Notes: generated by a model from the letters alone, not told the origin. A stretch of DNA of 64,000 bases from Octopus vulgaris (GCA_951406725.2 OX597821.1:2232001-2296000); one strand, 5' to 3'. Counted from the first letter of the stretch, positions 25,760-38,904 are shown. Numbers and translations: made by a program.

Positions 25760-26017
25760 CGTCGCCCTTTTCAAGCCTAGCCAGCCTCATGGGCCCGGTT
25801 TCTGTGTTTCCCACATCGCAGCGTTGCTCAAGAAAGAGGAAGATAGTGTGAGAGAAAGTTGTGGTGAAAGAGTACAACAGGGGTCGCCACCCCCCCCCCC
25901 TGCCGGAGCCTCGTGGAGCTTTTAGGTGTTTTCGCTCAATAAACACACGCTACGCCCGGTCTGGGAATGGAAACCGCGAGTCTGCTGCACTAACCACTGG
26001 GCCATTGTGCCTCCACA
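25760..26017 (-). mobile_element. SINE family C with internal deletion
   Basis: Reverse complement of 17657-17970; ATTAAGTACAAT on both sides is a likely TSD. Confidence 0.8.
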
Positions 26018-26534
26018 TTAAGTACAATATTATCCAATGAATCCTAAGCATTTTAGGTGGAGGTGGTGGATTATAGGACGTTTTGGCTGTTCTGTTTAAC
26101 AAACCACGTGATATGTTGAACTATCCTTTTTGTCATCAAGTTATGGAGACATTGGACAACATTATCCAACGTGTCTACAATTTTAAAATAAAATTGATCA
26201 ATCACTATACTCGATAGGAAGATCTTCCTATAAAGAAAGTGTAATGAAACTTTTAAAGAAAACATTTAATGACATGCAAAGCAAGAACAGATTTGTCTCG
26301 CAGACAGAAACAATTTTATTTACAACTAAATAACAAAATCGTAAATGAATTAAATGTTCAACATAATACTTAAGGCAGTTGTTGATGTCGATTAGCTGGT
26401 CCTAAATACCATCTGACTCCATGATCTTACCCGTCATATTGTTGTTGTTGATTTTTAGCACTAAACCAGAGCAGATGATAGAAATAAAATAAGGGTCATC
26501 AAACCATCAGGAGTGAGCATATCTATTATACATA

Positions 26535-26698
26535 CCGCAGGCGTGGCTGTGTGGTAAGAAGGTTACTTTCTAAGCACATAATTCCAGATTTAGTCCCATT
26601 GCGTGGCACTATGAGCAAATGTCTTCTAGTATAGCCTCGGGTCGACCAAAGCCTTGTGAGGGTATTTGGTAGAGAGAAACTGAAAGAAGCCCCTCATA

Positions 26699-26786
<88 letters not shown>

Positions 26787-27062
26787 GGTGTATGTATATA
26801 AATTTATATGTATGTATGCATTTGTGTATGTGTATGGGTGTGTCTGTGTGTGGGAGTGTCTGTGTCTTAGTTTGTCCCTCCACCATCGCTTGACAACCGA
26901 TGTTGGTGTGTTTACGTCCCCGTAACTTAGCAGTTCGGCAAAATATACCTATAGAGTAAGTACTAGACTTACAAAGAATATGTTCCGGGGTCGATTTATT
27001 TGAATATAGGCAGTGTTCCAGCATGGCCACAATCAAATGACTGAAGCAAATAAAAGAATAAA
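26535..27062 (+). mobile_element. Bipartite SINE family D: tRNA-like head, internal (TA)n(TG)n, conserved tail
   Basis: cgcaggcgtggctgtgtggtaagaa head; gacaaccgatgttggtgtgtttacgtccccgtaacttagc tail; AAAAGAATAAAA end. Confidence 0.8.
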
Positions 27063-28789
27063 AAAATACCGTACATGATGTTACCTGGAAACAACACACT
27101 TCTTCGAATCATCGAAGGAAGTCTCAATGCAATCGCCCTACATCCTGAAAACGCTATCACTCTTATAACCCCTTACTATTCTTAGCATAAAAAAGAGAAC
27201 ATGTAGCGGAATTCACCCCCATCTGCACTGCTGTTGGAAATAGAGAAAAAGCGGTAGAAACGAGCCGAATGTTTCTGATCGCTCACAGGCCAGATCTATG
27301 ACATCGACTCCAATTAAGGACCAACATATTTAGCGATTTACTGAATCATTCAAACCAGTCAACTGGCTGATGGAATCTTGAATGAAAAGTATTTCAACAA
27401 AACGCTTCTAAAAGAACACATCGTATATTTGTTAGCATAATAGATTTCAAACTACAATCAGGGTATTGCCAACAAGGAGATACTATTAACCGGTTGCTAC
27501 ATGAAACAAGCCATGTATAAAAGATTGTACAAGAAACCAACCAAAAACAGCCTTTATTAAACAAAAAGAACGCCCAAAAATAATCCATTTTGGAGGAATG
27601 GAATTACATTCCCTTTCTTTTCAGTTATTTTACCTGGTGCACAGGCCATCGACCAATACATAATAGAAAAATAGATTCAATTAAATATGCTAAACCTTGC
27701 ATTGTGTCTTTAGCACTTCGTGGAATCGAAGGGTTGCCGTCGTGAAATGCGGTGGGATTTGCTACTTGTTGGCCTTTAAATGTGGCAAGTGAGGATAATA
27801 AACAAGCCCTCTTGATATACTTCAAATTGAATGCACCAGCACGAACACAAGCACGAGATGCCGGCCGAGGATAGCTTGCGTGGGTTAGTGGTCACGACGA
27901 TCGGCTGGGCAGATGAATGGGAGAGTTCCGATTCCAAACACCTGATTGAAGCATCGTAGGTAGTGTCAGCCAAGGAGGCTGGAACTGGAAACCGATATAA
28001 AGTGGACAGTTTCATCTCAGGATTTGGCAGGGAAATTAGTTTAGGAAGATGGATCTAGACAATTTTAAAGAGAAAGTGAGCGACAGTAAATGCAAAACAG
28101 TAATTTAATGTTGGATTGAAGAGAAAAACGAAGCAGAGGAAACGCAATTACACAAATAAAACGTTGCAATACGTAGAAATTAATGAACCGGACAACATAA
28201 CTCTCAATATTGAAAGTGGGTGGAATATTAGATTTGCATTAGTTTAATAGACGACACAGGAAACTATATGCTAATTATAATGTTATAAGTGCCAGTAATG
28301 AAGCTGTTCCAGTAATAGGTTACAGTCAGATTATGGTAAATAGAAGTTAAATTAATTAGTAGCACGAATTAAACATCAAGGATAGTACGGAGCAAAATTA
28401 ATTAGATCGTCATCAAAGCTGCCTAAGATAAAATGTATATTTCATATCTTTTACATTTTACTACATTCATTCTTCGGAGCGGGCCATACTGGGCAAGTAT
28501 ATTGAAGGGTTTATTCGAAAACATCGGTCTCAGTACGTGTGTTTCCTTAAAGCCCGGAATTCATTCTATCGGCGTCTTTTGCCAAACCGATGGGTGACGA
28601 GTACATAAACAAAACGCAACCTGTCTTCTTGTGTAAGCCTAAATATATTATAATCAAATTTATTGTCTCCCATCTTTCCTCTCCCCATGCATTACCATTC
28701 CTTCAGTGTTCTGCTTGGCTATAACTAGATATGGCACGAGGTGGTATTAAAATCTTTCCGTAGTAGTTCTGTAACGTGCAAACAAGAAA

Positions 28790-28827
28790 ATAATAGTAAT
28801 AATAATAATAACAACAACAACAACAAC

Positions 28828-28868
<41 letters not shown>

Positions 28869-28954
28869 TAATAATAATAATAGTAATAATAATAATCATA
28901 ATAATAATAATGATAATGATGATAATAATAATAATAATAATGATAATAATGATG

Positions 28955-28997
<43 letters not shown>

Positions 28998-29041
28998 CAA
29001 TAATAAAAATAATAATAATAATAATGATAATAATGATGATG

Positions 29042-29099
<58 letters not shown>
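28790..29099. repeat. (AAT)n microsatellite
   Basis: Directly visible. Confidence 0.95.
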
Positions 29100-29100
29100 G

Positions 29101-30481
29101 GTATTAACACTTTAGCTGTCCCAGTTATTAGTTACAGCTACGATATCCTTAACTGGACACTAAGTGAACTGACCAAAGTAGATAGGAAAACAAGAAAAAT
29201 AATGACAGGATCTAGGATGCATCACCCAAAATCTGACATAGAAAGACTATATATACAACATATATAAGGTGGTAGAGGCCTTATACAGCTGGAAAACTAC
29301 TATAAAATAACCACCATAGGACTGCAAAAATATCTACTTCAGAAGGAAGGAAAACTGATACAAATAGCGGCAAAACACGAGCAAAACAAAAAACTGTTCT
29401 CAGTATTTAAGGAAGCTGACAAATACAAACAAGAAATCATACCACCTAATATATATGAAGAAGAAGAAGAAGAAGAAGAAGAAGAAGAAGAAGAAGAAGA
29501 AGAAGAAGAAGAAGAAGAAGAAGAAGAAGAAGAAGAAGAAGAAGAAGAAGAAACAACAAAAGCTATAAAACAAATGAAATCCAAACTAAAAATAGAACAG
29601 CAACGAACCATGATAAAACGATTGCAAGAAAAGCCCCTTCATGGCAAATGCTGGACTAAACGAAATCCAAAAGAAATAGACAAAGAAAAATCCCAGCAAT
29701 GGTTGAGAAGCTCAGGACTCAAAGCAGAGACAGAGGGATTTTTAATTGCAGCACAAGACCAAAGCCCCCCACCAGAAATTACCAAAAACATGTAATGAAA
29801 AGAAATATAACAAGTAACTGCAGAATATGTGGAGATGGACAAGAAACAATAAATCATATTATCTCTAGCTGCCCAGTCCTGGCTAAGAAGGAATATATTC
29901 ACAGACATGACAGAGTTGGAACCTACATACATTGGAAGCTATGCCAACATTATGGAATAACAACAGAAAAAAGATGGTATAGGCACACACCAGAAAAGGT
30001 CACAGAAAACGAGAAAGCAACCATACTCTGGGATATGCCGATACACACAGATAGAGAAATTAAGGCCAACAGACCAGATATAGTTGTCAGAGATCATGAA
30101 GAAAAAAAATGCTTTCTAATTGATGTATCAATACCAGCAGATGACAACGTATCTCTAAAAGAAATGGAGAAACTCTCAAAATACAAAGAACTGGAAATAG
30201 AGGTAACCAGAATGTGGAATCTAAAAACAGAAACAATTCCTATCATAGTTGGTGTATTAGGCATGATAAAAAATATTCAGACAAATACATAACAAAAACA
30301 CCAGGACTTACAAACACATATAACATACAGAAAATTGCACTACTAGGCACTGCACACATCCTACGCAGAACACTTTCCATACAATAACCATCAGAACATC
30401 ACAACAAATCACAGCACATACCCAAGGCATACAGAGCTGCGCTCGGTAGTGAAGTGAAAGCACGCTATAAAAATAAAACTA

Positions 30482-30488
<7 letters not shown>
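29101..30488 (+). mobile_element. 5'-truncated Dong/R4-clade LINE (subfamily A), decayed
   Basis: MHHPKSDIERLY, GLKAETEGFLIAAQDQ, CRICG..ETINHIISSC, RHD, RPDIVV..LIDVSIP..KLSKYKELE (CCHC plus restriction-like endonuclease); ends in (AAT)n. Confidence 0.92.
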
Positions 30489-30567
<79 letters not shown>

Positions 30568-30589
30568 TAATAATAATAATATTAATAAT

Positions 30590-31031
30590 AAACACAGATA
30601 GAGAAATTAAGGCCAACAGATCAGATATAGTTGTCAGAGACCATGAAGGAAAAAAATGCTTTCTAATTGATGTATCAATAACAACAGAAGACAACGTGTC
30701 TCTAAAAGAAATGGAGAAACTTTCAAAATACAAACACCTGGAAATAGAGGTAACCAGAATGTGGAATCTAAAAACAGAACCAATTCTTATCATAGTAGGT
30801 GCATTAGGTATGATAAAAAATATTCAGAAAATACATAACAAAAACACCAGGACTTATAAACATATAATATACAGAAAATTGCACTTCTAGGCACTGCACA
30901 CATCCTACGCAGAACACTTTCCATACAATAATCATCAGAGCATCACAACAAATCACAGCACATACCCAAGGCACACAGAGCTGCGCTCGGTAGTGAAGTG
31001 ACCGCACGCTATAAAAATAAAACTACTGAAT
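30590..31031 (+). mobile_element. Shorter 5'-truncated Dong/R4 copy (subfamily A)
   Basis: Near copy of 30045-30488; same 3' end AAAATAAAACTACTG(AAT)n. Confidence 0.9.
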
Positions 31032-31050
31032 AATAATAATAATAATAATG

Positions 31051-31136
<86 letters not shown>

Positions 31137-31137
<1 letters not shown>

Positions 31138-32802
31138 TGTGCAAAGGCTACCTTTATCAAAGGAAAAAATGACAGAAACATCTAACGTTAACCTTGACCA
31201 ACAGAATGTCATAAAAGAACTAGACCCAGCGGAGAGCTACAAGTACCTAGGGATAATTGAAGGGAACGGAATAAGGCATTCAGAGATGAAGGAAAGGATC
31301 AGGAGAGAATGCTATCGAAGAGTGAGAGCAATACTCAAGACAGAGCTGAATGCAAGAAACAGGATCGAAGCAATCAATGCATTAGCTATAACAGTCGTGA
31401 CTTACAGTTTCAATATTGTTAACTGGTCAATTACTGAAATATGTCAGCTCGACAGAAAAATAAGGAAACTGTTGACAATGCATAGAATGCACCACCCTAA
31501 GGCAGATACAGAACGACTTTATCTGCCAAGAAAAGAGGGAGGCCGTGGTCTTTTGCAACTGGCAATAACAATGAAGATTGCTACAATTGGCCTAGACACC
31601 TACCTGAAAACTCTGAGGACTGGATGCTAAAACTTGTCTCAAAACATGAAAACAAGAAAGCATCATACTCAGTCACAAAACAGGCAAAGGAATATCTAAG
31701 TGAATTCCGAATACAACCAATTTCGGAGATAGATATACAAGAAACAAGCACAGAAAAAGCTAGGCGCATGAAAACCTGTGCCAAAACTGCGGCCTTAGAT
31801 ATTCTGAATAATAAATGGCAAGAAAAACCTCTCTATGGCAAATACCCAAAGAGAGCGAATAATGCAGATATCGACAAAGCCCTGACCCATCAATGGCTAA
31901 TGGCCTCTGGCTTAAAATCTGAAACAGAGGGGTTTATCATAGCAGCTCAAGATCAATGCCTACCAACAAGAAACTACCAGGCCAACATATTAAAGATCAG
32001 AAGCAGTCCAACGTGTCGTGTATGCAAGCAACAAAATGAAACCATTGACCATGTGGTCTCCAAGTGCAGTCTTCTAGCGCCTACAGAGTATCTCAACAGG
32101 CACGATAGAGCTGCACAATATATTCACTGGGTAATCAGTAAAAACCTGGATTTGCCCCATGAAAAAAACTGGTGGGAACACAAACCACCCCCAGTGCTTG
32201 AAAATGACCACATCTCACTCCTCTGGAACTTCACCATTCAAACTGACAGGAAGATAGATGCAAATAGGCCAGACATCATATTGAAAAACTTCAAACAAAG
32301 AACATGCCTCCTCATTGATATGACTGTCCCAATCGATATAAACGTATCTGTCAAGACCTACCAAAAACTGAGCAAATATAAAGATCTTGAAATAGAAATC
32401 AGCAAAATGTGGAAGCTGAAGACTAAAACAATACCTGTTGTCATAGGTGCCCTGGGAATGATAGCAAAAGGGGCTGATAGCTACCTAACTCAGATACCAG
32501 GAAACCCAAAAATGGCAGAAGTTCAAAAGATAGTGCTCATGGGAACTGCTCATATCCTACGCAAAATACTCTCTATGTAATCTCAAGGTTTAAAACAAAC
32601 ATAATTTTCGGTTTAAAAAAAAAAACAAAAAAAAAACTTTTTTTTTTCTTTTTAGACATTCATTAGTACAACATCCCCACCCCCCAAATATATGGCACAC
32701 TAGGCATAACAACAACATGAACTTCCAACCCTGTTGTCTCTTGAGGTCTCTGGGTGAGACTTGGAGCCAACTTGTACAAATATAAAGCAAAAGTCAAACA
32801 TA

Positions 32803-32803
<1 letters not shown>
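31137..32803 (+). mobile_element. 5'-truncated Dong/R4 LINE (subfamily B)
   Basis: YKYLG, MHHPKADTERLY..GGRGL, CRVC..ETIDHVVSKC, RHD, RPDIIL..K..KYKDL; (AAT)n flanks. Confidence 0.92.
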
Positions 32804-32837
<34 letters not shown>

Positions 32838-32839
<2 letters not shown>

Positions 32840-34950
32840 GATCAACTACTCATCAATAAGATGATCTTAGAAGATTGTCACAAACGACACAAAAACTTAA
32901 CAATAGCCTGGATAGACTATAAAAAAGCTTTTGATAGCCTACCACATAGCTGGATAAAGAAATGCCTGGAAATGTATAAAATAGCGCCTACTCTGCGAAA
33001 CTTTTTGTCTGTAAGTATGAGATCATGGAGAACCACACTAACTTTGTACAGTGACAAGGAAACTCTAAATGCTGGTGATGTAAACATTTCATGTGGCATT
33101 TTCGAGGGTGACTCCTATCACCACTCCTCTTTTGTTTAGCCTTGATTCCTCTCTCAAAATTGCTCAATGACGCGCAGTACGGATATAAAATGTTTGATAA
33201 AAATATAAATCATCTCCTTTACATGGATGATTTAAAGCTCTTTGCAAAAAATGACCAACAACTCAAGGGCTTACTAACGATAGTCAAACAATTCAGTGAT
33301 GACATCAGAATGCAATTTGGCCTAGATAAATGTGCAAAAGCTACCTTTATCAAAGGAAAATGACAGAAACATCTAACGTTAACATTGACCAGCAGAATGT
33401 CATAAAAGAATTAGACCCAGCGGAGAGCTACAAGTACCTAGGGGTGATTGAAGGGGACGGAATAAGGCATTCAGAGATGAAGGAAAGGATCAGGAGAGAA
33501 TGCTATCGAAGAGTGAGAGCAATACTCAAGACAGAGCTGAATGCGAGAAACAGGATCGAAGCGATCAATGCTTTAGCCATACCAGTCGTGACTTACAGTT
33601 TCAATGTCGTTAACTGGTCAATTACTGAAATATGTAATCTTGACAGAAAAATACGAAAACTGTTGAAAATGCATAGAATGCACCACCCTAAGGCAGATAC
33701 AGAACGACTTTATCTGCCAAGAAAAGAGGGAGGCCGTGGTCTTTTACAACTGGCAATAACAATGAAAATTGCTACAATTGGCCTAGACACCTACCTGAGA
33801 AACTCTGAGGATTGGATGTTAAAACCTGTCTCAAAACTTGAAAACAAGAATGCATCATACTCAGTAACAAAACAGGCAAAGTGAATTCCGAATACAACAA
33901 ATTTCGGAATTAGACATACAAGAAACAAGCACAGAAAAAGCTAAGCGCATGAAAACCCGTGCTAAAACTGCAGCCTTAGATATTCCGAATGATAAATGGC
34001 AAGAAAAACCTCTCTATAGCAAGTACCCAAAGAGAGCGAAAAATGCAGATGTTGACAAATCCCTGACACATCAATGGCTAATGGCCTCTGGCTTAAAATC
34101 TGAAACAGAGGGGTTTATCATAGCAGCTCAAGATCAATGCCTACCAAAAAGAAACTACCAGGCCAACATATTAAAGAACGGCAGTAGCCCAATATGTCGT
34201 GTTTGTCGACAACAAAATGAAACTATTGATCATGTTGTCTCCAAGTACAGTTTTCTAGCGCCTACAGAGTACCTCAACAGGTATGATAGAGCTGCACAAT
34301 ATATTCACTGGATAATTTGCAAAAACCTGGATTTGCCCCATGAAAAAAACTGGTGGGAACACAAACCACCTCCAGTGCTTGAAAATGACCACATCTCACT
34401 CCTCTGGAACTTCACCATTCAAACTGACAGAAAGATGCAAATAGGCCAGACATCATATTGGAAGACTTCAGACAAAGAACATGCCTCCTCATTGATATGA
34501 CTGTCCCAATCTATATAAACGTATCTGTCAAGACCTACCAAAAACTGAGCAAATATAAAGATCTTGAAATAGAAATCAGCAAAATGTGGAAGCTGAAGAC
34601 TAAAACAATACCTGTTGTCATAGGTGCTCAGGGAATGATAGCAAAAGGGGCTGATTGCTACCTAACTCAGATACCAGGAAACCCCAAAATGGCATAAATT
34701 CAAAAGATAGTGCTCATGGGAACTGCTCATATCCTACGCAAAATACTTTCTATGTAATCTCAGGGTTTAAAACAAACATAAGTTTCGGGTTTTTTTTAGA
34801 CATTCACTAGTACAACACACACAAAAAAACCCCAAATATATGGCATACTAGGCATAACAACAACATGAACTTCCAACCTGTTGTCTCTTGAGGTCTCTGG
34901 GTGATACTTGGAGCCAACTTGTACAAATATAAAGCAAAAGTCAAACATAT
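32838..34950 (+). mobile_element. Longer 5'-truncated Dong/R4 LINE (subfamily B) with RT core, frameshifted
   Basis: WIDYKKAFDSLPH, GIFEGDS, HLLYMDDLKL, YKYLG, endonuclease motifs; 3' UTR matches 32580-32803. Confidence 0.93.
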
Positions 34951-34971
34951 AATAATAATAATAATAATAAT

Positions 34972-35520
34972 ACAATATGCCCTGATACAGTACCAGGCAG
35001 TGGCTCTCGTGGCTTCTGATCATAACTGATTGGCAGTGTTATCATGTACATTGTTATGTCTTGGTACAAAAGATGGGCTACAGCAAAAATTCTGCTCAAT
35101 ACCACAGATTTGCTTGGCAGTTGTTTGACCTTAACCAGTTGAGCATGTCCCTTAGTGGCTGATGATATGTGCATCTCTGATGATGAGCAGAAGTAGTGGG
35201 GGAGCATTATAGCAGTGCGTTGAAAGGAATTATTATAGGGTTGGATAATTCACCTTTTGAAACATGGGTGGTTCGTTCAACATCCTGAAACAACCCTTAT
35301 TCAGGGACCTTTTGAGCCATATGGGTTACTCGACCAGAAGAAAAGTCTAACTGCAAGGTCATGTGTTATCTTGATATGAGATCACCATGATGCGCATATA
35401 CGGTTGTGCTGCATGGGCCTGGTGTACCCTTATCAGACGGGTAGTCATGATGGGTCTACTTGGCTTCGTATATTTTACCCCAGTATCACTTTGATGACAT
35501 GCACTGGTGTCTCACTCAAT
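34972..35520 (+). repeat. Non-coding segment of about 550 bp between (AAT)n tracts; possible Dong-type 3' UTR or dependent element
   Basis: Bounded by AAT repeats like the neighbouring Dong copies; no credible ORF. Confidence 0.45.
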
Positions 35521-35527
35521 GATGATG

Positions 35528-35567
<40 letters not shown>

Positions 35568-35595
35568 TAATAATCATAATAATAATAATAATAAT

Positions 35596-35672
<77 letters not shown>

Positions 35673-35673
<1 letters not shown>

Positions 35674-35879
35674 CCTTTTAACTAAAGGCAAACGACCAGA
35701 AATTTTTGGGGAGGGGATATATCGATTACAGAGAACCCCAGTACTCAACTTCTATCAACCTCGGCAGAATTTGAACTCATCACGTAAAGGCGGACGAAAT
35801 ACCGCGAAGCATTTTGCACGGTGTGCTGTGCTACCGATTCTGCCATCTGGTTAACTTTATGATGATGATGATGATGATG

Positions 35880-35949
<70 letters not shown>

Positions 35950-36350
35950 TAATAATAATAATAATCATTCCTTCTATAGGCATAAAGCCTGAATTTTTGC
36001 TGGGAGGTAGATATTCGATCACTTCGACTCCAGTACTCAACTGGTGATTAATTTCTCGACCCCGAAAGCATGAAAGGCAAATTCGTTCTTGGCGGAATTT
36101 GAACTCAGAGCGTAGCGGCAGACGAAATACCTATTTCTTTACAACCCACAAGGAGCTAAACACAGAGCGGACAAATAAGAACAGGCAAACGGATTAAGTC
36201 GATTATATCGCTCCCAGTGCGTACTTATTTAATCGACCCCGAAAAGATGAAAGGCAAAGTCGACCTCGGCAGAATTTGAACTCAGAACGTAACGGCAGAT
36301 AAAATACAGCTAAGCATTTCGCCCGCCGTGCTTAACGATTCTGTCAGCTC
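35673..36350 (-). mobile_element. Cluster of SINE family A copies with (ATT)n tails
   Basis: Repeated gaatttgaactca motifs; tails abut AAT tracts. Confidence 0.75.
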
Positions 36351-36374
36351 GCAGGTTTTATACTAAGCAAATAA

Positions 36375-36635
36375 TAAATAAATAAATGCGCCCTTTTAAA
36401 GATTATCCAGACCCATGGGCCCGGTCTCCCGGTTTCTATGGCGTATGTGTTTCCCAGCTGGACGGGACGCCAGTCCATCGCAACGTTACACATTTTTGCC
36501 AGTTGAGTGGACTGGAGCAACGTGAAATGAAGTGTTTTGCTCAAGAACACAACGCGTCGCCCGGTCTAGGAATCGAAACTACAATCTTACGATCATGGTG
36601 CTGACACCCTAACCACTAAGCCAAACGCCTCCACA
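36375..36635 (-). mobile_element. SINE family B, full length
   Basis: Reverse complement of 17398-17655. Confidence 0.85.
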
Positions 36636-37261
36636 TAATAATAATAAGAAGAACAATAACAATAAGAAAAGCTAGACAGTTTGTGACAGTTTACTTCTAG
36701 AAAATGGGCGATGACCTTTCAACGAACCGACTCTTCCATAGATTGTTGTTCTGATAATGATGATGGAGATGATGGCTATGGTGAAAATGATGACGATGAC
36801 AACCACGAGGATTTTTCATGATGTGTTTTTTTTTTGTACACAGACATGCAGTCAATGAATAGATATGAAGAGAACTCAATATCGAGGAAATTGTATTGGA
36901 CTGCGCCAGAGCCAGTTATGAATAACAGGCAATTAAGAGCCCTGAAAATCGATAAGTTTTCATGGGTTTCGCAGTTGCAGTTGTTGTATGGTAATCTCCG
37001 TCTATTTATATATATATATGTATGTGTGTATGTGTATGTGTGTATGTGTGTATGTGTGTGTGCGTGTGTCGGTGTAAATATATATGTATATGTAAGCGTG
37101 TATATATGTCTATCTCTGAAGATAAATACATTCATATACACACGCATAGGTGTATGCCTTTCTGTGTGTATGTATTTATCTTCAAACATATACTTACATA
37201 TATATATATATACATATAAATATATATATATTTATATGTACATATACATATATGCCTATAA

Positions 37262-37325
<64 letters not shown>

Positions 37326-37327
<2 letters not shown>

Positions 37328-37538
37328 TTATTTAAAGCATCAGAAAATTCAACAAAATCTGTTACTCTGAGTTTCTCGTTGCAGTTCATCAAAAACTGTC
37401 TGATGAACGGCAACGAGAAACTCAGAGTAACAGATTTTGTTGAATTTTCTGCTGCTTTAAATAAAGCATATCACTCTACCACTGGTATTTGAGTACTCTT
37501 TTTTCCACCTTGTTTCACATTTATGTATTTACTCCGGT
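37326..37538 (+). mobile_element. PLE pLTR remnant with head-to-head inverted duplication and HHR at 37396-37433
   Basis: Palindrome 37326-37466; ctgt CTGATGA a cg gcaa cg a GAAA ctcagag TA acag. Confidence 0.7.
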
Positions 37539-37544
37539 ATATAT

Positions 37545-37950
37545 ATATATATGAAAAAACAAGTAAAAAATAGAAAATGCTAAGATGATTTTATAGTGAA
37601 TCTTTCAGTACCGGTTTCGGTCATTTTGAGACCTTTTCAACTGTAACGATTAAATAATTAAATTTTGAAAAATTTAGAAAAATTAGAAGAAAGGTTTTTT
37701 TAAAGGAATACTTCCATAGTAGTGTTCAGATATATGTGGCATTCTGCCTTTCTCTGACTCCCTTGTTTGCACTTGTGTATTCGAGGTCGTTGTGAGTTCT
37801 TGAGGGGGTGGGAGTGGGAAAATCTGAGTTGAAAAGGTCTCAAAATGACCGAAACCGGTACTGAAAGATTCACTATAAAATCATCTTAGCATTTTCTATT
37901 TTTGACTTGTTTTTTCATATATATCAACTCGTGTGTTCCTTTCCACCCTT

Positions 37951-37955
<5 letters not shown>
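37545..37955 (-). mobile_element. 5'-truncated copy of the 8352-12923 PLE family with an inverted pLTR
   Basis: 37545-37825 matches 8352-8650; 37827-37955 is the inverted pLTR; U3:A8 HHRs at 37606-37643 (-) and 37827-37863 (+). Confidence 0.9.
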
Positions 37956-37996
<41 letters not shown>

Positions 37997-38157
37997 AAGG
38001 GGAGTTGTAGGGTACCGCACGAGTGGAATTATATACGAAAGAAGCTTTGAAAATGCAATTTTAAAAGATGTTTATTCACTTAACCGGTTTCACCCTTTGC
38101 AAAAAAGATTGTCAAAAGTAACATGTAGAAGTTTGGTTGCGTTAATTATTGGTTGTT

Positions 38158-38898
38158 ACAAAATAAATTACTTTGCCACATACTGAACTTAGTAGAAATA
38201 GCAGGTGGCAAAGTAATTTATTTTACTAAGCCCTAATTATATAATGTAATATTTTGAATTCGCCTTAAATGGTCCTTTTACATACTGAACACTTGGTGAA
38301 ATTGATTAATTAATTAATTTTACCCTCAATTGTTGATATTATAATTCATTTCTCTCGGTCATACTGCCTCGTTTCTCGCGGTTAAAATATAATGTTTGCT
38401 AGATAGACCACGTGGGTGGAATGGGGAGTGCAGAATTTTACGCCTGCGCATTTTGAATTTGTTGACACTGTTTAGTTGGAGTGGTTCATCTGAAGCGACA
38501 AGTTCGCTGATAGGTAAAGTCCCTTCTTTTTTGTGTTTCCAAATCCAAATTAAGAAATTTTGAGCTGACGAAAGAAATGCTGATTTTATTTGGCTAATCT
38601 TGAAACGTTGAATGTACTCAAACGATCTATGTACTTGTGATATTTTTCTGTATTTACCCCAAAACCTTCGTGAGCTGTCTGGAGTAAACATTATCTGAGA
38701 GAAATTTTCTTTAAGTAGTAGAAATGCTAAGAAAATTTTTTTGGCTGCTATTTCTACTAAGTTCAGTAAGTGGCAAAGTAATTTATTTTACTAAGCCCTA
38801 ATTATATAATGTAATATTTTGAATTCGCCTTAAATGGTCCTTTTACATACTGAACACTTGGTGAAATTGATTAATTAATTAATTTTACCCTCAATTGT

Positions 38899-38904
<6 letters not shown>
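38158..38904 (+). mobile_element. Retrozyme-like non-coding element, 565-bp period
   Basis: 135-bp direct repeat 38205-38339 and 38770-38904, short inverted segment 38158-38204, one HHR, ends in (TA)n. Confidence 0.65.
38559..38622 (+). ncRNA. Canonical type I hammerhead ribozyme
   Basis: tttgag CTGACGA aaga..tctt GAAA cgtt g aatg TA ctcaaa. Confidence 0.8.

Noticed and set aside
27700-28050. GC-richer island as a possible exon
   Set aside because: No recognisable protein motif or convincing splice pair; more likely an old transposon fragment
28790-35960. CRISPR-like repeat-spacer pattern
   Set aside because: The repeats are variable-length (AAT)n and the spacers are retroelements; eukaryotic context with no cas genes
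38075-38100. TTAACCGGTTTCACCC, resembling an HHR GAAACCGGT half on the minus strand
   Set aside because: The other half of the core is absent
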